Shown: piece after piece, positions 1-16,821 of the stretch
How positions within the stretch are numbered: position 1 is the stretch's first letter
How the letters are laid out: each line of letters opens with the position of its first letter
Origin: Eledone cirrhosa
Taxonomy: Eukaryota
Direction of reading: 5' to 3'
Assembly (NCBI GenBank): GCA_964016885.1
Contig: OZ024749.1
Location: 2,170,001-2,234,000 of the forward strand
Length of the DNA: 64,000 bases
Position numbers and translations under genes: made by a program
Notes under the pieces: generated by a model
What the model was told of the DNA's origin: nothing
Seen by the model: the letters and a program-made list of their open reading frames with translations, nothing else
Databases searched by the model: none

Positions 1-55
1 GAACATAGAGTGCTCAACCGGCATAACGCCTATGGAAGCATCTTAGCTACCATCA

Positions 56-3088
<3,033 letters not shown>

Positions 3089-3169
3089 CAAAAGTTTTAT
3101 TTAAGATTGTTGGGTTACAACGAGTAAATATATATATATATAAAAATATATATATAAATATATGTAGAT

Positions 3170-3658
3170 AAATCTACCAAGAGTTTACGGTAGTGTTCAA
3201 TCCGTATGAAGAACTCAATGTAATCCGGATATCATGGAAAGAAGAGATGCAATGAAAAATCACTTACGGTGAAAGATAAACGGAAAACAGAGTCAAGATA
3301 AAATATTAAAAAAATAATGAATAAAACAATGAAGCAGTTCCTTATATTAAACAAAAAAAGTTCATTATTTAACGATCGTTTCTAGGATATATATGTGTTA
3401 GAATTGGCAGGCATATTCAACAGATCTATGTACAAAATTATACAAAATTATACAAACTATCAAAATTAAATATACATACCAAACACATATATATGCCGTC
3501 TTGTATAATTTTGTATAATTTTGTACATAGATCTGTTGAATATGCATGCCAATTCTAACACATATATATCCTAGAAACGATCGTTAAATAATGAACTTTT
3601 TTTGTTTAATATAAGGAACTGCTTCATTGTTTTATTAATTATTTTTTTAATATTTTAT
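3170..3658 (-). mobile_element. Fold-back element family A (probable solo PLE pseudo-LTR with inverted copy) in (TA)n
   Basis: Arms ~3298-3455 and ~3501-3658 are near-perfect inverted repeats with a ~45 bp spacer. A one-sided tail at 3170-3297 is homologous to 31830-31960. Contains GAAACGATCGT (HHR-type GAAA plus palindromic stem III). Confidence 0.6.
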
Positions 3659-3726
3659 ATATAAATATATATATATAAATATATATAGATATATAAATAT
3701 ATATATAAATATATATATATATATAA

Positions 3727-3769
<43 letters not shown>

Positions 3770-3794
3770 TATATATATAAATATATATATATAA

Positions 3795-3825
<31 letters not shown>

Positions 3826-3854
3826 AATATATATATATAAATATATATATATAA

Positions 3855-3885
<31 letters not shown>

Positions 3886-3900
3886 AATATATATATATAA

Positions 3901-3931
<31 letters not shown>

Positions 3932-3960
3932 AATATATATATATAAATATATATATATAA

Positions 3961-4009
<49 letters not shown>

Positions 4010-4094
4010 AATATATATATAAATATATATATATATAAATATATATATATAAATATATATAAATATATATATATATAAATATATATAAATATAA

Positions 4095-4127
<33 letters not shown>

Positions 4128-4334
4128 AATATATATAAATATATAAATATATATATATATATATATAAATTTATATATATATATATATATATAAATATAG
4201 ATATGTATATATATATATATATATATGTATATAAATATATAAATATATATATATATAAATATAAATATATATATATAAATATATATATATAAATATATAT
4301 ATATAAATATATATATATAAATATATATATATAA

Positions 4335-4362
<28 letters not shown>
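3659..4362. repeat. (TA)n/(TATAAA) microsatellite
   Basis: Directly visible. Confidence 0.97.
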
Positions 4363-4365
<3 letters not shown>

Positions 4366-4491
4366 GGAGAGAGTATGACCCCCGACGGCAGATCTCAACC
4401 CCTTTCGACGGTATTTCTGGACTAAAGACTAGTCCAGAAATAGCCGTCGGAACGGCTTGAGCTCTGCCGTCGGGGTCATACTCTCTCCTAT
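4363..4491. repeat. GC-richer imperfect hairpin (~62 bp arms, 5 nt loop) followed by a one-sided tail to ~4645, flanked by (TA)n
   Basis: ATAGGAGAGAGTATGACCCC...CTGGACTA / TAGTCCAG...GGGGTCATACTCTCTCCTAT are reverse complements with a few mismatches. Confidence 0.85.
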
Positions 4492-4640
4492 TACCCACTC
4501 TACTACCCTAAGTATTGAGTACTTTAGTGCGTTATGGTCCATCTGGTTCCTTACCACAACTCCTTCGTTATATATATGTATTGTTAAAACCTGAAATAAA
4601 GCCCTTTGATTTGCAGCCAACCATGTTACTGTTCAATCTT

Positions 4641-4699
<59 letters not shown>

Positions 4700-5341
4700 A
4701 TGTATATATGTTTGTGTATGAGTGTGTGTGTATATGTATAACATTAGATTGAGACATGATGTGACAGAGTCAATAAACTGTGCCACTATGTGTAGCTACG
4801 ATGCTTGTTCACATCAACTCTTCATACACAAACAGAAAGAATGATATGGCTGACCATATTGCTCCATATATTATTACTGAACAAAAACAAAATGGCGGCA
4901 AACTCTTTACTGTTTGGAAAGGAATTAGATTGAAATAGCGCATCAATTCAAACTGCCAAACAACACCACTGTTTTCTCTAACATGCTAAAAAAGCATAGC
5001 AAGTAAGGAGGAGTTATAAAATGTAGTCTGTCACTTTGCCCCAACTACTTTAATACGTCTGTCGGTTTGAACAGTTACATGAGATCGTCATTTGCAATAG
5101 CTAATCGAATATTATCTAGCACAATATTTTATCAGGTTTCAGCGAGAAATCTGCAATTTGCAATTACACTTCAGTAAATAATCAGGCGCCATGTCAAAAC
5201 AATATGTCAGCTACTATAGGAGAACGTACACTATTCTATTATATATATATATATGTATATATAAATATATATATATATATATAAGCAGCGATTCTTTGCT
5301 TAAACTTTAATCTGTTATTTTAATAAATATATATATATATG

Positions 5342-5396
<55 letters not shown>

Positions 5397-5427
5397 ACAT
5401 ACACACAAACACATGTATATATATGCA

Positions 5428-5475
<48 letters not shown>

Positions 5476-5758
5476 CATATACGATATCATTCTCGCAAAG
5501 AAATCAAGGCGTCTTAATCTGAAATCAATGTTAAATTCCTTTTGTCGCTCAAACTATTCCTTATGGCTCCCCCTCTCGTCCTCTCTCCCCCAATATACCC
5601 TATACCCCCATCCCATCCCCACTCCAATATCTGGCACAGTCAACTTTTATGTTGATCGTTTGCATTTATATCACGTGTTTACATCTATGCAACGTTCGTC
5701 ATACATTCAAATAATACTACACACATACTCGTGCATTATGCAGACGAACAGACAGCCA

Positions 5759-5859
<101 letters not shown>

Positions 5860-6102
5860 GTGCATCCAATTCAACCAAGGCCTGTTCACTGTTACCGAAA
5901 GAATCCCTCCCTGATTGACCTCCATTTTCTGTTTTGGTTCATGGTCATGTCATGGGTACACACTCACCAATCTATAAGTCAGTACTAAAAGCAGGCCACA
6001 CCAGATAGGTCTGTGTGGTTGATCCTATGACAACCACGTGGAAAATGGACCAGAAAATGTTTACTGAGGCAAAACGAAAAAAAAAAGACAGGCAGGAAGA
6101 GT

Positions 6103-9100
6103 GTCGAACCAAGGGCATATAATCCGGATGGTGTGAGGTAAGTAATTTAACCTATAGTCGAACCAAGGGCATATAATCCGGATGGTGTGAGGTAAGTAAT
6201 TTAACCTATAGTCAAACCAGGGGCATATAATCCGGATGGTGTGAGGTAAGTAATTTAACCTATAGTAGAACCAAGGGAATATTATCCGGATGGTGTGAGG
6301 TAAGTAATTTAACCTATAGTCGAACCAAGGGCATATAATCCGGATGGTGTGAGGTAAGTAATTTAACGTATAGTCAAACCAAGGGCATATAATCCGGATG
6401 GTGTGAGGTAAGTAATTTAACCTATATTCAAACCAAGGGCATATAATCCGGATAGTGTGAGGTAAGTAATTTAACCCATAGTAGAACCAAGGGCATATAA
6501 TCCGGATGGTGTGAGGTAAGTAATTTAACCTATAGTCAAACCAAGGGCATATAATCCGGATAGTGTGAGGTAAGTAATTTAACCTATAGTAGAACCAAGG
6601 GCATATAATCCGGATCGTGTGAGGTAAGTAATTTAACCCATAGTAGAACCAAGGGCATATAATCCGGATGGTGTGAGGTAAGTAATTTAACCTATAGTAG
6701 AACCAAGGGCATATAATCCGGATGGTGTGAGGTAAGTAATTTAACCTATAGTAGAACCAAGGGCATATAATTCGGATGGTGTGAGATAAGTAATTTAACC
6801 TATAGTAGAACCAAGGGCATATAATCCGGATGGTGTGAGGTAAGTAATTTAACCTATAGTAGAACCAAGGGCATATAATCCGGATAGTGTGAGGTAAGTA
6901 ATTTAACCTATAGTCAAACCAAGGGCATATAATCCGGATAGTGTGAGGTAAGTAATTTAACCTATAGTCAAACCAAGGGCATATAATCCGGATGGTGTGA
7001 GGTAAGTAATTTAACCTATAGTAGAACCAAGGGCATATAATCCGGATGGTGTGAGGTAAGTAATTTAACGTATAGTCGAACCAAGGGCATATAATCCGGA
7101 TAGTGTGAGGTAAGTAATTTAACGTATAGTAGAACCAAGGGCATATAATCCGGATAGTGTGAGGTAAGTAATTTAACCTATAGTCAAACCAAGGGCATAT
7201 AATCCGGATGGTGTGAGGTAAGTAATTTAACCTATAGTCAATCCAAGGGCATATAATCCGGATGGTGTGAGGTAAGTAATTTAACCTATAGTCAAACCAA
7301 GGGCATATAATCCGGATGGTGTGAGGTAAGTAATTTAACCTATAGTCAAACCAAGGGCATATAATCCGGATGGTGTGAGGTAAGTAATTTAACCTATAGT
7401 CAAACCAAGGGCATATAATCCGGATGGTGTGAGGTAAGTAATTTAACCTATAGTCAAACCAAGGGCATATAATCCGGATGGTGTGAGGTAAGTAATTTAA
7501 CCTATAGTCAAACCAAGGGCATATAATCCGGATGGTGTGAGGTAAGTAATTTAACCTATAGTAGAACCAAGGACATATAATCCGGATGGTGTGAGGTAAG
7601 TAATTTAACCTATAGTCAAACCAAGGGCATATAATCCGGATGGTGTGAGGTAAGTAATTTAACCTATAGTCAAACCAAGGGCATATAATCCGGATGGTGT
7701 GAGGTAAGTAATTTAACCTATAGTCAAACCAAGGGCATATAATCCGGATGGTGTGAGGTAAGTAATTTATCCTATAGTCAAACCAAGGGCATATAATCCG
7801 GATGGTGTGAGGTAAGTAATTTAACCTATAGTCGAACCAAGGGCATATAATCCGGATGGTGTGAGGTAAGTAATTTAACCTATAGTCAAACCAAGGGCAT
7901 ATAATCCGGAGGGTGTGAGGTAAGTAATTTAACCTATAGTCAAACCAAGGGCATATAATCCGGATGGTGTGAGGTAAGTAATTTAACCTATAGTCAAACC
8001 AAGGGCATATAATCCGGATGGTGTGAGGTAAGTAATTTAACCTATAGTCAAACCAAGGGCATATAATCCGGATGTTGTGAGGTAAGTAATTTAACCTATC
8101 GTCAAACCAAGGGCATATAATCCGGATGGTGTGAGGTAAGTAATTTAACCTATAGTCGAACCAAGGGCATATAATCCGGATGGTGTGAGGTAAGTAATTT
8201 AACCTATAGTCAAACCAAGGGCATATAATCCGGATGGTGTGAGGTAAGTAATTTAACCTATAGTCAAACCAAGGGCATATAATCCGGATGGTGTGAGGTA
8301 AGTAATTTAACCTATAGTCAAACCAAGGGCATATAATCCGGATGGTGTGAGGTAAGTAATTTAACCTATAGTCAAACCAAGGGCATATAATCCGGATGGT
8401 GTGAGGTAAGTAATTTAACCTATAGTCAAACCAAGGGCATATAATCCGGATGGTGTGAGGTAAGTAATTTAACCTATAGTCAAACCAAGGGCATATAATC
8501 CGGATGGTGTGAGGTAAGTAATTTAACCTATAGTCAAACCAAGGGCATATAATCCGGATGGTGTGAGGTAAGTAATTTAACGTATAGTCGAACCAAGGGC
8601 ATATAATCAGGATGGTGTGAGGTAAGTAATTTAACCTATAGTAGAACCAAGGGCATATAATCCGGATGGTGTGAGGTAAGTAATTTAACCTATAGTCAAA
8701 CCAAGGGCATATAATCCGGATGGTGTGAGGTAAGTAATTTAACCTATAGTCGAACCAAGGGCATATAATCCGGATGGTGTGAGGTAAGTAATTTAACCTA
8801 TAGTAGAACCAAGGGCATATAATCCGGATGGTGTGAGGTAAGTAATTTAACCTATAGTCAAACCAAGGGCATATAATCCGGATGGTGTGAGGTAAGTAAT
8901 TTAACCTATAGTAGAACCAAGGGCCTATAATCCGGATGGTGTGAGGTAAGTAATTTAACCTATAGTAGAACCAAGGGCATATAATCCGGATGGTGTGAGG
9001 TAAGTAATTTAACCTATAGTAGAACCAAGGGCCTATAATCCGGATAGTGTGAGGTAAGTAATTTAACCTATAGTCAAACCAAGGGCCTATAATCCGGATG

Positions 9101-12100
9101 GTGTGAGGTAAGTAATTTAACCTATAGTAGAACCAAGGGCCTATAATCCGGATGGTGTGAGGTAAGTAATTTAACCTATAGTAGAACCAAGGGCCTATAA
9201 TCCGGATGGTGTGAGGTAAGTAATTTAACCTATAGTAGAACCAAGGGCATATAATCCGGATGGTGTGAGGTAAGTAATTTAACCTATAGTAGAACCAAGG
9301 GCATATAATCCGGATGGTGTGAGGTAAGTAATTTAACCTATAGTAGAACCAAGGGCATATAATCCGGATGGTGTGAGGTAAGTAATTTAACCTATAGTAG
9401 AACCAAGGGCATATAATCCGGATGGTGTGAGGTAAGTAATTTAACCTATAGTAGAACCAAGGGCATATAATCCGGATGGTGTGAGGTAAGTAATTTAACC
9501 TATAGTAGAACCAAGGGCATATAATCCGGATGGTGTGAGGTAAGTAATTTAACCTATAGTAGAACCAAGGGCATATAATCCGGATGGTGTGAGGTAAGTA
9601 ATTTAACCTATAGTCAAACCAAGGGCATATAATCCGGATGGTGTGAGGTAAGTAATTTAACGTATAGTAGAACCAAGGGCCTATAATCCGGATGGTGTGA
9701 GGTAAGTAATTTAACCTATAGTAGAACCAAGGGCATATAATCCGGATGGTGTGAGGTAAGTAATTTAACCTATAGTCAAACCAAGGGCATATAATCCGGA
9801 TGGTGTGAGGTAAGTAATTTAACCTATAGTCGAACCAAGGGCATATAATCCGGATGGTGTGAGGTAAGTAATTTAACCTATAGTAGAACCAAGGGCATAT
9901 AATCCGGATAGTGTGAGGTAAGTAATTTAACCTATAGTAGAACCAAGGGCATATAATCCGGATGGTGTGAGGTAAGTAATTTAACCTATAGTAGAACCAA
10001 GGGCATATAATCCGGATGGTGTGAGGTAAGTAATTTAACCTATAGTAGAACCAAGGGCATATAATTCGGATGGTGTGAGATAAGTAATTTAACCTATAGT
10101 TGAACCAAGGGCATATAATCCGGATGGTGTGAGGTAAGTAATTTAACCTATAGTAGAACCAAGGGCATATAATCCGGATAGTGTGAGGTAAGTAATTTAA
10201 CCTATAGTCAAACCAAGGGCATATAATCCGGATAGTGTGAGGTAAGTAATTTAACCTATAGTCAAACCAAGGGCATATAATCCGGATGGTGTGAGGTAAG
10301 TAATTTAACCTATAGTAGAACCAAGGGCATATAATCCGGATGGTGTGAGGTAAGTAATTTAACGTATAGTCGAACAAGGGCATATAATCCGGATAGTGTG
10401 AGGTAAGTAATTTAACGTATAGTAGAACCAAGGGCATATAATCCGGATAGTGTGAGGTAAGTAATTTAACCTATAGTCAAACCAAGGGCATATAATCCGG
10501 ATGGTGTGAGGTAAGTAATTTAACCTATAGTCAATCCAAGGGCATATAATCCGGATGGTGTGAGGTAAGTAATTTAACCTATAGTCAAACCAAGGGCATA
10601 TAATCCGGATGGTGTGAGGTAAGTAATTTAACCTATAGTCAAACCAAGGGCATATAATCCGGATGGTGTGAGGTAAGTAATTTAACCTATAGTCAAACCA
10701 AGGGCATATAATCCGGATGGTGTGAGGTAAGTAATTTAACCTATAGTAGAACCAAGGGCATATAATCCGGATGGTGTGAGGTAAGTAATTTAACCTATAG
10801 TCAAACCAAGGGCATATAATCCGGATGGTGTGAGGTAAGTAATTTAACCTATAGTCAAACCAAGGGCATATAATCCGGATGGTGTGAGGTAAGTAATTTA
10901 ACCTATAGTCAAACCAAGGGCATATTATCCGGATGGTGTGAGGTAAGTAATTTAACCTATAGTCAAACCAAGGGCATATAATCCGGATGTTGTGAGGTAA
11001 GTAATTTAACCTATAGTCAAACCAAGGGCATATAATCCGGATGGTGTGAGGTAAGTAATTTAACCTATAGTCAAACCAAGGGCATATAATCCGGATGGTG
11101 TGAGGTAAGTAATTTAACCTATAGTCAAACCAAGGGCATATAATCCGGATGGTGTGAGGTAAGTAATTTAACCTATAGTCAAACCAAGGGCATATAATCC
11201 GGATGGTGTGAGGGAAGTAATTTAACCTATAGTCAAACCAAGGGCATATAATCCGGATGGTGTGAGGTAAGTAATTTAACCTATAGTCAAACAAAGGCGC
11301 ATATAATCCGGATGGTGTGAGGTAAGTAATTTAACCTATAGTCAAACCAAGGGCATATAATCCGGATGGTGTGAGGTAAGTAATTTAACCTATAGTCAAA
11401 CCAAGGGCATATAATCCGGATGGTGTGAGGTAAGTAATTTAACGTATAGTCGAACCAAGGGCATATAATCAGGATGGTGTGAGGTAAGTAATTTAACCTA
11501 TAGTAGAACCAAGGGCATATAATCCGGATGGTGTGAGGTAAGTAATTTAACCTATAGTCAAACCAAGGGCATATAATCCGGATGGTGTGAGGTAAGTAAT
11601 TTAACCTATAGTCGAACCAAGGGCATATAATCCGGATGGTGTGAGGTAAATAATTTAACCTATAGTAGAACCAAGGGCATATAATCCGGATGGTGTGAGG
11701 TAAGTAATTTAACCTATAGTCAAACCAAGGGCATATAATCCGGATGGTGTGAGGTAAGTAATTTAACCTATAGTAGAACCAAGGGCCTATAATCCGGATG
11801 GTGTGAGGTAAGTAATTTAACCTATAGTAGAACCAAGGGCATATAATCCGGATGGTGTGAGGTAAGTAATTTAACCTATAGTAGAACCAAGGGCCTATAA
11901 TCCGGATAGTGTGAGGTAAGTAATTTAACCTATAGTCAAACCAAGGGCCTATAATCCGGATGGTGTGAGGTAAGTAATTTAACCTATAGTAGAACCAAGG
12001 GCCTATAATCCGGATGGTGTGAGGTAAGTAATTTAACCTATAGTAGAACCAAGGGCCTATAATCCGGATGGTGTGAGGTAAGTAATTTAACCTATAGTAG

Positions 12101-13390
12101 AACCAAGGGCATATAATCCGGATGGTGTGAGGTAAGTAATTTAACCTATAGTAGAACCAAGGGCATATAATCCGGATGGTGTGAGGTAAGTAATTTAACC
12201 TATAGTAGAACCAAGGGCATATAATCCGGATGGTGTGAGGTAAGTAATTTAACCTATAGTAGAACCAAGGGCATATAATCCGGATGGTGTGAGGTAAGTA
12301 ATTTAACCTATAGTCAAACCAAGGGCATATAATCCGGATGGTGTGAGGTAAGTAATTTAACGTATAGTAGAACCAAGGGCCTATAATCCGGATGGTGTGA
12401 GGTAAGTAATTTAACCTATAGTAGAACCAAGAGCATATAATCCGGATGGTGTGAGGTAAGTAATTTAACCTATAGTCAAACCAAGGGCATATAATCCGGA
12501 TGGTGTGAGGTAAGTAATTTAACCTATAGTCGAACCAAGGGCATATAATCCGGATGGTGTGAGGTAAGTAATTTAACCTATAGTAGAACCAAGGGCATAT
12601 AATCCGGATGGTGTGAGGTAAGTAATTTAACCTATAGTCAAACCAAGGGCATATAATCCGGATGGTGTGAGGTAAGTAATTTAACCTATAGTCAAACCAA
12701 GGGCATATAATCCGGATGGTGTGAGGTAAGTAATTTAACCTATAGTAGAACCAAGGGCATATAATCCGGATGGTGTGAGGTAAGTAATTTAACCTATAGT
12801 CGAACCAAGGGCATATAATCCGGATGGTGTGAGGTAAGTAATTTAACCTATAGTCGAACCAAGGGCATATAATCCGGATGGTGTGAGGTAAGTAATTTAA
12901 CCTATAGTAGAACCAAGGGCATATAATCCGGATGGTGTGAGGTAAGTAATTTAACCTATAGTCAAACCAAGGGCATATAATCCGGATGGTGTGAGGTAAG
13001 TAATTTAACCTATAGTCAAACCAAGGGCATATAATCCGGATGGTGTGAGGTAAGTAATTTAACCTATAGTCGAACCAAGGGCATATAATCCGGATGGTGT
13101 GAGGTAAGTAATTTAACCTATAGTAGAACCAAGGGCCTATAATCCGGATAGTGTGAGGTAAGTAATTTAACCTATAGTAAAACCAAGGGCATATAATCCG
13201 GATGGTGTGAGGTAAGTAATTTAACCTATAGTAGAACCAAGGGCCTATAATCCGGATAGTGTGAGGTAAGTAATTTAACGTATAGTCAAACCAAGGGCAT
13301 ATAATCCGGATGATGTGAGGTAAGTAATTTAACCTATAGTCAAACCAAGGGCATATAATCCGGATGATGTGAGGTAAGTAATTTAACCTA
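6103..13390. repeat. 54-bp tandem satellite, ~135 copies
   Basis: Unit CCTATAGTCAAACCAAGGGCATATAATCCGGATGGTGTGAGGTAAGTAATTTAA; appears as an 18-aa period in the ORF track; 7288 bp / 54 = ~135. Confidence 0.98.
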
Positions 13391-13479
13391 AAAATCATTT
13401 TAGTGCAAGCAAACGCTAAAATAATTGGTAAATATTATGACTAAAACAACCGGAAACCACTGATAAAGCTACACAGAGA

Positions 13480-14215
13480 ATTAACCAAGATAAAAACCAA
13501 AAAGAAACCACAGAGGGTTAAACTCATTTTTAACTGGCCATTTAACTTAAATATATCTACTAATATAGCTAATCTCTCCTTCTCTATAATAGGAACTTCC
13601 CACCTAGACATAGATAACAACCATTAAACTCTCATTCTCAAATCCAGCTAATATTATTGGCTTTTAGTAGCAATAGGAACATCGAAAAACACACCAAATT
13701 CTTTAAAATGAATAACAAACATCTATTGAATACATCCAAACGAAATAACCCTTTAAATGATAATATTAATAACCTAATGCCTGGTAATATGAATGACATT
13801 TAAATTACAACTAACTTTATAATATGAACACCCACAACAGTAATATTCCAATTAATAACAATATTCTGAGAAATAATATCCCTCACTCTATTATTAATCC
13901 AACCTGTAACTGTGTCCACTTAACAGTAATTGCTTAACTAATAATATATTATATGGTTGTACAGTTAACACATTCTAGACATAGGAGCTACTTCAAATAG
14001 TTTCAAAACAAGATTTACTTCCCATCTTCATCCTTTTAGAAAACCTAAATTAAAACATATGACATCATTAGCTAGTTTTACCTGGGTATTAAACAAATAA
14101 CGTACCATATACATTGAATTGGAAAATATTAGATCCTCCGCATATAAACCTAACAATAGAACATGTAGACTATGCCTCCCTGAGGCTAAATTAATTATTT
14201 ATTCCAAAGCTAGCA
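13480..14215 (+). pseudogene. Decayed Penelope-like element (Neptune-type linker and GIY-YIG endonuclease)
   Basis: Manual translation across stops and frameshifts: NWPFNLNISTNIANL...TCNC/CPLNSNCLTNNILYGCTV...IGATSNSFKTRFTSHLHPFR...TSLASFTW...YKPNNRTCRLCLPEAKLII. This matches the CxC-CPL-C / YIG / CxLC-E pattern of PLE endonucleases. Confidence 0.85.
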
Positions 14216-14984
14216 TTGTAAATCTTTTTCAATTCTCCTCATAAAAACCTACAATCATTTAATTATTGTAAACCCACCAATGTTAACCCACCTTTACTTC
14301 ATATAACACTTTACCCGATACTGAATCCTTATTAATATTATATAGGATATATGATATATTTATTAAATGATTATACTATATTATCTAACTTCTTCCTTTG
14401 AGCTTAATAATAATAAATACTTTAAAATAATTGATGTGGACACGGAATTCTATTGGTGCTTTGATTTGATAATTTTAAGAGATATAGTAGATATTTAGCA
14501 AATATATTTAGCTATGTCCATACACTTATAGTATCTATCCTGATATCAAATCCATAGTATTGGAATATTTAGGTAGAATCACACATTTATATACTATAAA
14601 ATATATTGATACAAAATCAACAAGTTACATTAATTTATTCAATATAATGAACTAAATAAATTATATTTCATTATAATGTATTAATTTTCTTAAATGCATC
14701 ACACATTTATATGTATTGACCATATATCAAATATCCCTTATATAAGTGTAAATTCTTAATATACATTAATTCAAATATATGTATTTAGCCATAATATCTA
14801 GATAATTAATAGTATACTTTGTAAATCTAACACCGGTTCAACTCATAAAATTCAACTCATTAAATAATATTCTGAACCACGTAAACATTTCTTTATTTTC
14901 ACATGCTATAAACTTTTCATATATAATTAAATATTATTGATTATTTAATACTTTAAACAATATATATATATATATATATATATA

Positions 14985-15125
14985 AGGAAAAAAGATGAAA
15001 TCGAAAATGCAAATGGAGTCTTTTTAAAAAAAATATATATTTATTTGGTTCCTTCACCGCTTTCGCAGTTCTTCTGCTTTTCAAAAGTAGAATTGAGATG
15101 GAGGGTTTGTGGTTTTTCTCGCATC
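14985..15125 (-). mobile_element. Family B pLTR-like repeat with variant hammerhead-like core (copy 1)
   Basis: Reverse-complement homolog of 38762-38905; minus strand reads TTGAAAA GCAG aagaa CTGC GAAA GCGG TG. Confidence 0.55.
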
Positions 15126-15485
15126 TGGTTGGTGTTCGAATGTTACCTCTGTTTTATATGGAAAAAAGTGGTTCGAAATGCTAGGTTTTTAGAAAAGTAA
15201 TTTGGTTGGTTGATGACTGTCATGTGAATAATTATAATAAACTTAATAAATTTCGCACCAGTTCGCGTTACAAAGTTTTTATTATATTTGCCTTTAAAAA
15301 AAGGGGGTCTCAGATTGTTTTTTCATATATGAGTGAAATTTGGTTGGTTGATGCAGTCACATCAACTTTCACGCCAGTTTGTGTTTGAATTTCGTTTTAA
15401 TTAAAAAAAGAGGCTCACGAAGGCTTTTTTTTATAAATGTAATTTGATTGGTTATAAATGAAATTGACAGGAACATTAAATTTCG

Positions 15486-15795
15486 CGCCCGTATTTTGGA
15501 ATTTTTTTGTAGCCATTTAGAGAATTTTGTGCCAAACAAAAGATAATAGTCAAGAAAAAAGGGATGGGGAGAATTGTTCTGGTTCAATGAGTATGGCTGA
15601 TGTGCTGAAATGTGATTTGATTGGTTATAAATTAAATTATGACTGTCACGTGAACAAGTACATTAAATATCACGCCCGTATTTTGGAATTTTTTTGTAGC
15701 CATTTAGAGAATTTTGTGCCAAACAAAAGATAATGGTCAAGAAAAAAGAGATGGGGAGAATTGTGGTGGTTCAGTGAGTATAGCTGATGAGCTGG
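15486..15795. repeat. Local direct duplication, ~186 bp period
   Basis: CGCCCGTATTTTGGAATTTTTTTGTAGCCATTTAGAGAATTTTGTGCCAAAC... occurs at ~15486 and ~15672. Confidence 0.85.
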
Positions 15796-15867
15796 GGTGT
15801 CAAAATTCAGACTTTCTATTGAAATAAAGAAAGTGGAGATATGTATTTTTATTTGTGTACTGCTGCT

Positions 15868-15938
<71 letters not shown>

Positions 15939-16045
15939 GAAGATGATTCTATTAGTAGAAATGGGGGAGGGAGTTGTGTGTGTATGGGTGTTATATGTGT
16001 GTGTGGGAGTATGGTTAGCATGTTAAGATGGAGAGAATATATATT

Positions 16046-16095
<50 letters not shown>

Positions 16096-16760
16096 TACAT
16101 ATCCACTGCTTATAACTTTATGATTCACAATGTAACATTAGGTCTGCAGCAACTATCTTTTAACCCTATTAAAATCGCTGGATTGCCTGGTTTAACTATG
16201 AATATTGGTTTGTAAATTCTTTATATATATTCAAATTCATTTTAGAAAAACTTTTAATACAAATGACTCCATTTTTTAAAACTATAAACTGTAATTCATT
16301 CTAGGAAAGACAACACTTAACACAACTGACAATATACTTTTCTGACATAATTTATATATACTACGTCATTAATGTGGATATAAGTTGTAACGATGAAAGA
16401 ATGGTATTTAACTAATGTATTGGTACGCGATGGGGCCCACCCACAGCCCCGGCGGACAGTTCGTCGGTAACCTCGTGCCGCGTCCTCGTCAGCAGGGTTC
16501 TTCAAAACACAACAGAACCCTCTGTGTTCAGAGAACGTGAGGCCGCCTGTGAGACGTGGGACCGGCTGGGACTTAGCCCAGTAGACGTCCCTCTTCCTTC
16601 TTCCCATGTTGACGTCAAGTCCCTCCAACGCATTTGAAACAACATTTTAATCTTGATATTTTCATGAGTGATATATATTCTTTTTTCCTGAGTCATTTGT
16701 ATTGGTATTTTAATTAACCTCTGATGCCAGCAACAGCCTATGCTCACTAATGGCAAATTT

Positions 16761-16821
<61 letters not shown>

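Noticed and set aside
6103-13390. CRISPR-like appearance of the regular repeat
   Set aside because: No unique spacers, no cas genes, eukaryotic context. No hammerhead core in the unit either.
6061-13398. Long minus-strand ORFs (1458, 311 and 703 aa) of YRLNYLPHTIRIICPWFD repeats
   Set aside because: By-product of a 54-bp (multiple of 3) satellite with one stop-free frame; no unique domain, and the frame is broken by indels.
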